Shown in pieces: positions 23,663-36,008 of a DNA stretch of 37,446 nt. Each line of letters opens with the position of its first letter. The stretch's first letter is position 1. Position numbers and translations under genes: made by a program. The notes beneath the pieces were generated by a model. The model did not search any database and had not been told where the DNA came from. It worked only from the letters and a program-made list of their open reading frames with translations. The stretch is from Pelomyxa schiedti (lineage: Eukaryota; Protista; Evosea). The stretch spans positions 1 to 37,446 of the forward strand of contig JAHLWZ010000445.1 of the NCBI GenBank assembly GCA_020536535.1, read 5' to 3'.

Positions 23663-25252
23663 TTACATGGAATTGGAGCCTCCTGAGGCTAACTGGGTCT
23701 CAATGAGTTTGAGCTACAGAAACACGTTAGAGCATTGGGGATTTGTCGTTATACACACAATTCTCTGGTTCTGCTTGTACTTGGCTTCTAGCGTCTTTAT
23801 CAGTGGTGTACAGCCGTACTCTATCAAGCGGCACAGGGACTTCTCATAAACGGCTTTGTTGTGCAAAAGTGTCAGGGTTGGTGGCAACCTTTTGGAAGCA
23901 GCGAGATTAGGTGACAGAAGGTTTATTGAAAGATACAGACTTAGTCGGAGAAACAACGGATTTCATGTATGAGTCATGTTCTTCTCTCTGCATGTTCTCT
24001 TGCATTTGGGCCAACTGTGATATTACTGGAACTGGTTGATTTATCACTTGCCTCAGGATGTTAATCGGGATATTGATTTCTTGTGGTCTAGCAGGAAAAG
24101 CCCATTAAATAAAAGTTGGAAAAAAAAAATAAGGATGATAGGTTACAAACCCTTCTACTGTGATCCGCAAATAGAAGAGAAAAGATAATAAAGTAAGTTT
24201 TTAGAAGTGGGAGGTAACGCAAACATGTTTGAAAAGATTGGAAGGCAATATATTGTACATGGCCAATCTTTATGCGGTTACCAGTATCAAGTACGTGAGA
24301 GAAAGAAAACCTTCTTTGCCGCATCGTGGTTGAAGCAAGAGAAAATGAGACCAACAAAAGTAGGATCCATAGTCTGCCAAATAGCTTGAGTGCGGAGATC
24401 TGCACAAGATAAACTAAAAATCTTACTGAATCCGAATTTTCACATACCCACGTGAGATGGGTGCACAGTGATATGTGGATGTGAGTGATACCATCCAACA
24501 ATGCGCGTTCGGCGATGTATCCTCTCTGACAACCTCTACCAAAAACAGGTCAGAATCCCAATCACCGCGCACGCGCGGTACAAACCTCAGCCTCAGCGGT
24601 AGCCCAGGCCAGCTGCTCGCTCGATATCTCGACCCTATCTTTCTTCTTGTCACTCCTCTCGAGCATCAGGACTCCCCACACGCCAACAACGAGCCCCCTG
24701 TGGTCCAACACGCAGTCGCCCAGCAGCAGACCCATAATTTCCTCCTTCTCGGTCGCCAGGGCGTGGGCGAAGCACACAAAGTAGCACTCGGCCGACAGTT
24801 GCACCGTGTACGGCCTCTTCACCTCCTGCGCCCCAGTCGCCCCGCCCCCGGTGCCCGGCGTCGTGCCCGCGCCCGTGCTGGTCGCGGGGACGGCGGCGGC
24901 CACGGGGCTCGTGCCGCTGGAGCCCACGCGGGCCGCGGTGGCGGTGGTGGTGGTGTAGGGCTGCGGGGTCAGCAGCGTGGGGATGGGCGAGGACGCCGTG
25001 GCGGGGCCGCCCTGCATCGACGTGGTGTCGAGCTGCAGCAGGGTGATGGTGCCCGTGGTGGCCTGCGGGGGGGGCCGTGGTCGGGGAGAGCAGCAGGGCC
25101 GTGGGGGACAGCACAGAAGTGGCGGGGGGAGACGGGGCGGTGGTTGTGGCGGGGAGCGGCTGGAGGTAGCGGTTGAGTGTGGTCTGTTGGGGGAGGTGCT
25201 GCTGGGGGGGCTGCGCGCCCGTGGCGGAACTACCGTTGGGTGTTGTGTTCAT
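23663..25252 (-). CDS. BRCC3: BRCC36-like JAMM/MPN+ K63 deubiquitinase
   Basis: AHALATEKEEIMGLLLG, RSDKKKDRVEISSEQL, IVGWYHSHPHITVHPSHV|DLRTQ, FVGLIFSCF and LHNKAVYEKSLC. The 5' end is ambiguous because of a frame switch at G8 25067-25074 (alternative start 25017). Confidence 0.92.
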
Positions 25253-25469
25253 CGTCTGTTGGTTCCTGTGTTTGATCAACAATTTTGGATCTGGCCCGTG
25301 GACAGGCCGTGGGGCACACAGAAACTGGTACTGCTAAGTGCACTATGTTGGCTCCATGGATAATGATTGGGTGGGTGCATCACTTGTCCTTATGATGAAA
25401 GAACACCGATCAGTGTCGATTTTATTGGGTTCAGGGCAGGCAGGGTAGGGAGTAGAAAACGAGGGACTG

Positions 25470-28400
25470 ATGCAATCAGTGAAGCTTGTGTGCGTTGGGG
25501 ACGGGACGTACAAGACGCGGTTGTTGATAGCGTACACGACCAACGTTGGTGACCCAGAATACATACCCACTGTGTTTGACAACTACACTGCTGCCGTGGT
25601 ATGTGCACGTGCACGTGCGTGTGCATGTGTGCGTTGTTCAGTGCCTTTTGGGGTTTTTTTTTCTTGTTCTGGCAATTGGCTAAGAGGGTACTGTTTGTTT
25701 TTGTAGATTATTGACGGGAAGCCTATATCTGCGGGTCTGTGGGATACAGCTGGTCAAACTGACTATGACAGGTGGGTGGGGAGATGACCCTACTGGTCGT
25801 ACTCTTACATTTCATTTTTTCAGGCTTCGGCCACTTTCATATCCTCAGACAGATGTCTTCCTTCTTGTTTTTTCAGTTCTTTCCCCCACATCATTTCAGA
25901 ACGCTGTCACTAAGGTGTTTTATACCTCCAATCTCCCTTTTTAACACACTTAATAGTGGTACGAAGAGGTTAACTTTCACTGCCCCTCAGCTGAAATACT
26001 TTTAATTGGTACCGAAATTGAAGGCCGCTCTGGAAATATACAGTGTGTCACGTATGCGCACCTCTTAGTACTGCACTCCAAACTTAATATTTAAGCCGGG
26101 AAGAAGCCATGGCTGAGGCTAAGAAAATCCACGCTGTGCAGTATATGGAATGCTCTTGCGCGACATTACAAGGTCTTGAGTAATTTATTCTTATTTTTCT
26201 GATTTTCCAGAAGGGGTGAGTAAGGTTTTTGAGGAAGGCAAGTCCATAATTGCACACTCCCCCCTCTTACCTCCACACAGCTCTTAGAGCCGCTATTTCT
26301 CCAGATACTGTTAGAAAGCAATCTGCGTTTTCTTCCTATAAAAGTTTACACAAACTAGAGGGTTTTATTTCCTCAGGAAAGTGGAAAGATGCTAGGTATC
26401 AATTTTACCACCACTGGGGTGCCAGGTCCTTGACAATTCTTTTCTTTAAGTAAAATGCTTCTTGAGAACGGAGTAAGACAGTCCGACATCGAGGGATTGG
26501 CTGAGATGGCCACCCAGAAGCATGGGAAAAAAGCTGCCGAGTTTCTCTTTATCCTGTACATGGGCCCTGTCAGTATTTAATAACTCAACTCTAAAAAAAG
26601 GTACAAGCGAGAGTTTCTGAATCCAACGTTCGCATTACCTGTTTCAGATAGTGAGATACCCCTATGGGAAGAGGACTGGCTGCGAAGACCGAAAATTATG
26701 GACGCAACAATTTGGAGATGTCTATATTCGCACTTTGCAGTCCGTATTGCTCAGTCTGCTCCCTCCACATGATTTATCTGACTAAAGTTGCAGAGCGCTG
26801 AAAGACTCACCAAATGCAGGACTTTCCCTCAAGGACTGTGCTCTCCAAATCTTTTTCCTTCCTTCTCAAGTCCCACCAACTCATCCCACGATACGAAACT
26901 TGCAAGAACTTGACTTAAGTGGCAACTTATTACAGTCTTTCCCCTCATCCTTCTTCGAATTTGCCCCATCTTTGGTTCGATTGAACCTCTCAAAGAATAA
27001 CCTGAAGGCAATCCCTTCTGGGATATCACACTCTTCACTGTTAGAGGTTAGACCTCACCTTTATTTGATCTAATTTAGCCATACTAGGCTGTAAACCTCT
27101 CTGGCAATTCCATTGACCGGGTGCAGGAATGGCGAGTCCAGTCAGGTTCACTGGAGGGTGAGATATTCAAACTCCCAGCACTGGCTGAACTTAATCTGGA
27201 AGACAATCGCCTGACTTCTGTACCACTCACCCTTGTGCAACTTGCTTTACGTCCTAGGTGAACGACCATCACTAACTTTACTGAAACTAGACCAGATTTA
27301 CATTGAAGCTTGGTGGTAACACTGGTTTGGCCATTCCACCTGAAGCCCTGACGGACTCAGCTGATCTTGTCCAGTATTTCACAAGCCTTTTGAAAGGTGG
27401 CCTTTTTTTAATCCTTCTGTTATTTATGATTCAAAGGTGAAATGATACCTTGGGAGACAGTGAAACTTGTCACTGTCGGCCAGGTGCAACTTCTAGATTT
27501 CTCCTTGTCCTGACTCTGACTCCTTCTCCATGGTAGGAAAATGTTGGAAAAACATCCCTTCTTGGCAAATTGCAAAATCTTATCACTGATGGCATGAGCA
27601 CAGATGGTATCTGCATAGGAAATCTCGCTCTTGGTATCACTCCCTCATATGTGCACTGGTCTCATGAAATCCTACAGGACAAACTAGATTCAGCACCTGG
27701 GACTTTGGAGGGCAGGAAGTGTACTATCCCACTCACCAAGTAGCTTTCTTCCTTCACACATAGAACTAATATCGCCGAAGTTCTTTCTTACAGGTTGTGC
27801 ACTTTACCTGGTTCTTTTCAATTTGTTCAATGAAGAACAATCACGCATTGACTATTGGCTGAAACAGATACATTCCCTTGCCAGCAGGTCTTTCACCAGA
27901 ATAATTCTGGTCTGGACTCCTTTTTTTGTTGGAAATAACTCACTTATTTCCAGGTTGCAACACACGTTGATGAATGGACTGAAGGAAGAAATTTACTTGA
28001 TGTGCACCTCAAACCCATCCTTGACAGATATCGCAAATTTGGTGTCAGAGTGAGTTTGCCTGCTTCATATTTCCCCTGAACTTGAAAAAGGATATTGTTG
28101 GTGTTTCCTGCACAACGGGAGCTGGATTAGGGAATCTGTGCTCATTACTCACCCAACTTTCTGCACGACCAGAATGTCAACAAGATGCTCTTTTAATATA
28201 TCTTGACCACTCATTTAGTTCACCGTCATGTCCACACTTATTGGTGCCGTCTCGCAAAAGAGATTGATGAACGGCGCGCAGTGAAGCCATACTTAACTTG
28301 GAATGAGTACATAGAACTTGCACAGTATGTACCAATGACACAAGAAATGCATGAAAGAACATTTAACAGATCATGTGGATTTGAGACCAACATACAGCGG

Positions 28401-31400
28401 GAGTGTGAAAACGCTGCGTCATTCTTACATGAAATGGGAGTATTACTTCACTTCAAAGATCCTCTCAGGTAATCCACTCCACAATTACGGGAAGGGTTTA
28501 CGAGACTATCTCAGTGACTTGGGCAACATTGTAATTATCAACCCTCAATGGTAGCAATTTTCTTACAGAGCACCTTTTTAACACAACTCAAGGCTTGCTG
28601 ATGTAATGGCTACCATCATGTGCGAAACTTCAAAATAATTATCCGTTGACTCCACATAAGAACAACCAAAGGAAATTTTGTTATAAATGGGACTTTGGAT
28701 CACTCAAATTTGGCACACCTGTGGAAAGGCAAGTACCCCATTGACATGCATGAATCGGTATTTTTTACCCTCAATTTGTTATAACTAATGCCGTTTGCCT
28801 TACAGCTCTTGCGTCTGCTATCCTTTTTTGGAGTGATGTTTCCCATGCGGTGCTCTCCACCAAAGGTTGTGTGGTGTATATTTTTTGGTGTCTCATTTCA
28901 CACAGTCTTTGGTGCCATGTCTTTTGGATGAAGAAATTCCATTGCCACAGGCACAGAGAGCATGGTAACATCCTAAACTCCAACTCAATTTTTCATAAGA
29001 TGTTCAAAGGCCAAAGCTCACTCCTAGAGGGATGACAGAGACCTCACGAATGTACACGTTCCCTTCTCTTCCTCTAGGATTTTTTGGGAGAATTGTTGCC
29101 AGACTTCTTTATCTTGATATAGTCCCTCTGGTATATCTATTTTCACTAGTCTTCTGAATTTTCTCTCAGTATTAAAGGTTCTCTGGAGGTATGGCATGGT
29201 GGCAACTGTCAATTCTGTCAATACGGTTTGCATACTTGTTGTCTGTCTACTTTCATAACCTATTTTAGGTGCTTCTATTGTACAAATTTGCTGAAAGTTC
29301 ATCGATTCATTCCGGTTCGTTTTCTTTTTCCACTTTGAGTTCTCATCTTTTGTCCCCTAGTGCACTCTTTATCTCTCTCACTGCGATCTGTCTCCAGAAT
29401 GGCTTACGCAGTTGCCTCTGAAATGGTAAAGTAATAGTTACTTAGAGACCTTAGATAGACCTTCAGATCAGTGAAAGTATAAATGGGACTGTCAATTGTT
29501 TCTACGAAAATGTCGCAAGTGAGATGGCTCAGTCTATTGTGTGTCCTGGTTGCATCAAGTCCCTGGATGGCATTTCTGACCAGCTCTCTGAACTTGTCAA
29601 ACCTCAGGGCCCACCTGAGCCAGTACTGATACCTGACTTAACGAAGGAGGATATAGTAAAAACTGGAGAGTTATTCTCTTTCTCGTAATTTGCCACCTTT
29701 TTGTACTTACACTAAATTTTATCCAGGTTGATGGATGTTATTCGTAAATTTCTTGGTGGATGCGACAGTATCCCCTGCCCAGGGATTAAGAAATTCCGGA
29801 GACTGCAAATCGTTGAGGGAATAGATCACAGAACCATGCACGAACCCTACTACACACCCCATACTGGGGGGAATGTTTTGTGAGCCTTATGACTTAGATT
29901 TGCTTCTAAATGGCACACAGAATCCGAGATTTAGCACCTGAGGTTACTATGGGTATTTTTCTTTGTGTCATGTCCTTTTCCAAATTTACCTGCTTAAACA
30001 AAGGTAGCTTTACTTTGATACACAGTGGTATTCAGAGGCACCAGTTGAAATGACATAACTGGTAATAGATTCCATTCAGTATGACCGCCTACACGACAAA
30101 CTTGGTGAAGGGGCTTTTGCCATTGCCTTCAAGTATGTTCTTCCTCGTTGTCTACCCCTTCTTTACATTCTCATTGAAGAGCTTCCTGGAAGGGGAAACA
30201 TGTTGCGGTCAAAGAATTGAAAGGCATTGCTTTCTCCCAAATTTCCTATTCTCACCCAATCTAGCATCACCAGAAGTGACCGAGTCTCCTGAGATAGTCA
30301 AAATCTTTCTCGATTTCAAACGAGAAGCAAGCATTATGCAGACCTGTACCTAAATTCTCACTTCCTTGGGTTTTTGTCATTTTTTCCCCAGTGCACCACC
30401 CCAACGTTGTTGAACTGTTTGGTATTATGTTTGATCCACTGCGTATTGTAATGTGCTTGGTGCCTTCAGGTTCCCTGGTAGGGCCAACATCCTTTTGAAT
30501 CGTTTCCTTAACTCTGTTCTCCTCACAGGATAAACTACTCAAGAAATCAAAGGTTATCTTCCCCGTTCTAAAACGTAATATTATTTCTGACTACAAAAAA
30601 GGAAAATAGTGATATGTTTCCTCCCAGCCTTCAAGTAATGCAGCTTTCCTTCCTGGTAACAATTTTTAACTGTATTAAGAATCGCATCATTGTCGATATT
30701 ACAAAAGGGTTATCCTTCCTGCATTCCCAGGTACCTCACAAACAAATGAGTATTTCTAAAAAACCCAGGAACCAGCGATCATCCACCGTGATCTCAGAAG
30801 CCCAAATGTATTCCTTGAGTGTCTTGATCCAGATTCCCCCACAGTAGCTAAAGTGACTCTTGAGAACCAACATGATATTCAACGCTAATTACAATCAGAT
30901 TGCCGATTTTGGGTTATCAGAGCGTCTTATTCCTCAAGCCAGTGGATTGCTGCTTACTTGGCAGTGGATTGCTCCAGAAGGTTTCATCTCTCGCTTATGA
31001 CACTGATAGTGATCGGCTTCACAGCAATGGATACCAGGATTTCTTCCTATGATGAAAAAAGTGATGTTTACAGCCTTGGTATGGTCATCCTTGAAACTTA
31101 TACCCGTGCACCACCCTTTGACGAGCTTTGGCTTGATCCTCGCTTTTGTAAACACATACCTGGCGAACCAGAGGGCCACCCAGGCGTACTTAACACTATG
31201 TCCATCAAATCCGCAATATGCTCAGTAAGTTTTCTGAGGAGTATTGCCTAATAATCACAAAACTTTGAAAAACCAAGGATGGACTCCGCCCTGTTTTGCC
31301 TGCAAGCTGTCCAGAAGTTATTCAGCAACTTCTTCTTGGAATGTGGGATCGTAATCCTCAAAATGTACTTCACATCATCATTTTACTTGATTCACGTTCC

Positions 31401-33189
31401 ATACATTTAAATGCCTCAGCGACCTGGTGCCAGTTTGGTGCTGAAGAAACTCAATGCTGCTTTTGGGATAGTGCAAAATGAACCACACGAGTCTTTTCAC
31501 AGCCCCCTGGTATTGTCAGTATAATACTTTGGCAGTTCTAACTCTCACCAAAAAGCGAAAGCTCACACGATTCAGCCGCGTCGAGATTGATTTACCTCCA
31601 CACCACAGGGTCGTTGTCTTTTCTTGATTTAATTCTTACCTGGTATTTTTTCTCAGGCCTGGGCAGTTATATGTGCAGGAGATTCCATTTGGTTTGGCAC
31701 TGAAAAAGAACAGAGTAAGGAATTGGGTTCCTCCAGAAACTCGGCCCACCTGCCGAACTTTCCAGAAGCCCCCAAAAAACCACCACCCCTTCCACAATCA
31801 TCCAAGATCTTGCCGCCAAAGCCGTCGGCAAAAGCACCTCCAAGGCCACCATCCTCACCAGCCACCCCTACTCCCCACGCAGAAACAGAGGTGCATTCCA
31901 GCTCAGGTTACGCCTGCATTTTCAACATTGCACCTCCAAAAGCACTGTGTGCATTGGAAATACAATCCTCGCGGGTGTATGGTCTTGTCAACCTTGGCTA
32001 TGGTAGACCTTTCCTTTTTGTATACTGTTCTTCACCGCTTCAAGATGTGTGGTGCTCAAGTGAGGAAGGTTTCATACACATTTTAAGGAGAGACACCCTC
32101 CTTGTAAAGAAGAAGGTTCGTAAAACTGCCTCGAATCTGCCCTTCCAACTTTTCCTTTCAGTTTATGCCCCATGCATCCGGACGAATGATCAAGTGCCTC
32201 ACACAAGTTACCACATTGGAAGGAGATTTACAGATATGGAGTTGCTCACCAAGCCCCTCTGACGGGTAAGACTTCAAACTTAACTGCACAATCCCACAAA
32301 AACCAATTGCAGGGAGATAGCAATTATTGATAGTAAGTACAATGTAATAGGCGCAATCCATGTAGATCAACCAACCAATTTTGGAGAACAAGTATTTCAC
32401 AAGATGCAATCAATTTTTATATATCCTTAACATTAAATAAGGTTTCAAGGGACCGGGTCTGGATTGGGTGTTACGCCTTGATTATAATCATTGACATTGA
32501 AACCCGCAAGGTTGCGATTGCCTGAAATTGTATGGATTAACCACATGAAGGAAGTGGAAAGATTTCCTTTAACAGCAAAAGCCAAAGTGACCGGGATTCT
32601 TTCGTGCCAACCTCGAGGTTCAATCGAACCCCTTGTGTGGGTTTCTTGTGGTCAAAATGTAAGTAACAAAGTTCCATATGCCGATTTAATGCCAATGAAT
32701 TTAACACCACGCAGATTTTCGGACTGGGCCTAAATAACAAGGAACTGATTTTCGCCATGGAGTTTGAAACCACAATAACATGCATGCAAGGGCTACTCAA
32801 TGACTTCATCCTATGCGGCGACGCGAACAGTAAAATTTATATCTACAGTTGAGTGGTTTTACCCATCCTACTAAACACAACCAAGCAATCAATCACACTT
32901 GACACAGAACCCCAAATGCTTACCATAAATAGGTATCAATGATAAGCACCACGAGCACCACCACCTCGTAACAACCCTCGAGGGTTTCCCCAAAAAACCT
33001 GTCAAAGCAATTGCAATAGTGTTGCCAACCACCACGTCTAATTCTTCCTCGGCATTGATGGCTGCACCCTCGCAGTCTTCCTCTGACGCCTCCTCGTCAT
33101 CAACAACCTCACACACCAACAACGACGTCAGCATCTGGGTGGCATACGGCAGCACTGACAAGGCCATTGTGTTCTCTGCCCTGTCCTAA
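25470..33189 (+). CDS. Roco-family protein: degenerate Rac domain - LRR - Roc - COR - TKL kinase - Pro-rich linker - WD40-like C-terminus
   Basis: Rac: [32 protein letters not shown]: [30 protein letters not shown]. Roc: VKLVTVGQ|[26 protein letters not shown]|FFLT, ATHVD. COR: [17 protein letters not shown]|LADVM. Kinase: [42 protein letters not shown]. The last exon 32933..33189 joins in frame. Confidence 0.9.
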
Positions 33190-33251
33190 GGAATAACAGA
33201 TTTCTCGTAAACACCGAGTGATTTCTCGCTAGAAGTGTTTGTCTTGCCGCA

Positions 33252-35745
33252 ATGTTCCCGGGGTTCGGGTTGCTGGACAAAGAAGCCGCCAACAACGCAA
33301 AGAACAGGTACTGAGGCTGCTCCCACAATCCCCACCCGCACGTTATTTATGCTCTGTTGTGGCGTCAGGGGGTGTCAAACTCAACAAAACCCAACCAAAC
33401 AGGGCGCAGGCCATAGTTGTCCCACCGAGTATTAAATTCAACAGCCGCACAAAACCAAGGGCCAAGGCCACCAAGAGTGGCTCCACCGCTGCCCCAAAAA
33501 GCAAGTCGGTAGCTCAAAACACCAAAACCCAGAGATCCACAATCACCACGCCGTCATTATCACCATCAAAGGGCTATAGACCCACAGATGGGGGCGTCGG
33601 CTATACCAACCCCCCCATCAGTGACACCCAACAACCCGAGCCACAGCAGCGCGATGACAATTACTACGGAAATGGCGATTATGCCAACCACACGACGCCG
33701 CCAGATGATCCCAACCCGGTGGAATCACCACGTGATCATCTCCTGGAGACGCAGTATGGTGACGGCGGGGTGGTGATGGATGAGCAGCCGAGTGAGATAA
33801 TAATGCCACAGCAGGAGGAGGAGGGGAAAGAGGAGGAGAGGCGCCCCGCGACACCAATTCCCGGCAATCTCGTTGGCAGGAGTGTCACTCCCGTGCATGG
33901 AAACGACACGGGTTCGTCAGCGTATGCGACGGAGGCGACAACAACCGCGGCGGATCAGAATCAGCAGCCATTTCGGGATTGGCAGTGCGCGACACCACAT
34001 GAACATGATGCTCCTGACCAAATTGGGAATGCCGGCGCATCAGAACAAGAAGAAGAAGTGGTCGAGGAATTTATTCCTGAGGAGGTCGCCGCCGAGGATC
34101 CCGAAATCCAGGCCTACCACGAGGTTGTGGAGGAGGAAGACCAGCAAGCTCAGCCGCGCGATCCTGCTGTAGATACCACCCAGACGACTACGCACACTGC
34201 ACAACAACCACCACCGGTATCTGCTCTCGAGGCAACTGACGGTGGGTGGGGAGAAATTCCCTGGGGCGATGTTGGAAACGACGAAAATGCAGAGGAAACT
34301 ATAGAACTTTCGGGGAATGGGCAAGATTTTGACGATATTTCCAGTGAGAATAACCCTGTTGTTGTAAATACCGACACACTTGTAAGTAACAACACTCTTG
34401 CTGATGAAAATATAACCACTGATGCCGTACCTGCTGTTGAACCAACGGCGGATACTGAAACATTAGAACCTGAACCCACCGTCAATAGCACCGAAGTCAA
34501 CGAGGAATATCAGGAGGTAACCGCAAATCAGGACGTACAAGCTGCATCCGAATCCAATGTAAGAGAAGAACCGGAGTCACATGTAGAAATTGCAGTTCCC
34601 AGTCAAAACGACTCCCCACCTCGATTTAACCCAAGACAAACTTCGGAACTAGAACTTCCGGAAGCAGACGTACAGCACCATAGCCTTTCACATATTGATC
34701 CTCCCCAGACTAAATCCGTTAAAAGGTCGATTCGCCATGCGCACCCCCCAAAACAGGCACCTTCCACACATCACAACTCACAGCGTTTCGATGGATCGCA
34801 ATCATGCCGCTGTAATGATGATATTGACGCTGAAATAGAGTTACTTCAGGTAACTCTACAGCGGCTTATGGAAAAGAGAACACAGCATTCCAACCCTCTC
34901 CACTGTACAGCGCCCACCTCCCGCCATCCACCCTGTACAAATCACACATCTCACAGAAGACATTCGCCAAATTGCCCAAAGGCGCGCAAGTACCTGTGCC
35001 CAGCTTCTCGCCAGTGCAGTAGATGCAACCCCCCTTTGCATCATTGTCATTGCGTGGAATCCGGATACAACTACATCCCTCCGCCGGATTGTACTCATAC
35101 TCCCTATCAACCAAACTATAACATTCCGCCACCCCAACCGCCAGCGGTGGATTACAGTACGTAGCAACATTAAGGAATTCCCGGCACTAACTTCACTATA
35201 CAGACACTCTCCTCAGTGCGGCACTGAATCCTCCGCCACTTCCACAATTCACACCGCAAATGACAACCTCGTTCCCGCCGGTGTTCGGTCCGGCGTCCCC
35301 GCTGCTATCCACAGCAGCCCCCAACAACCTTTCCCAGCTTCTGGCCATTACCGAGATATACAACAACCAGCTAGCACTCATCCGCAACGCCGTCCAGCTG
35401 AGCTCCATGCTCCGCGCCACCCAAGGAGTCACACCGGCACCACAGCAAGCGACGGGCCCACCACCTGCTACCCCTCTGTTCTGCACCCATCCTCATCATT
35501 CACCATCACAACCAACGACAGCCTACTACAATACTACACCACCTTCTGCGCTCTCGGGCACGCATGCACACCACCGTCATTCATCCCCATCCTCGTCTCA
35601 CAACACCACTCGCCCAGGAACAGGCAGGGTGCACCATCACAATCACAATCACAATCACAGCCAAGATACACAACCACAATCACCGGCAACAACAGAAGCA
35701 CACCGGCAACCACAACTCGTCCATCACCACGCAATGCACTCTTGA
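33252..35745 (+). CDS. Large intrinsically disordered acidic protein with short coiled coil and Cys/His-rich segment; function unknown
   Basis: ATG 33252. An intron at ~33308-33370 joins into the 641-aa ORF, and an intron at ~35159-35203 joins it in frame to ORF 35260..35745. No family recognised. Confidence 0.7.
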
Positions 35746-36008
35746 TGTTGTTGATACACAATGGTTGTGTGACGACTCTAAGAACGCACACGTTCCACTA
35801 CCAGATTGCGGAAAAAAAAATTGATTTCTGGACGTTCCCGGGAGGCAATCAAAACCCCAAACGTAGAAACGGAAAAAAAGAAGCCCCAAAACCCAACCCC
35901 TGGGGCCGCTTACTTCTCGTCCTTTTAAACAACCAAAAACCACGACAAAAAGAAAACAAGTCACACAGCACAAGACAACAACCACCAAACAACAAGCAAA
36001 CAAACAAA

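Noticed and set aside
7183-25363. Long overlapping or antisense ORFs (7183..7950+, 10839..11483-, 10948..11571-, 15247..15930+, 22575..23615-, 22926..23642+, 24475..25176+)
   Set aside because: These are shadow frames of GC-rich low-complexity exons that lack stops by composition; they carry no domain signal.
25470-26400. Stand-alone Rac/Rho gene
   Set aside because: There is no CAAX or terminal stop after the G domain, and consistent splice phases continue into the LRR exons.
32850-32852. TGA as the Roco stop codon
   Set aside because: A phase-1 intron (TAC A|gttgag...aaatag|GT ATC) adds a final WD40-like exon ending at TAA 33189.
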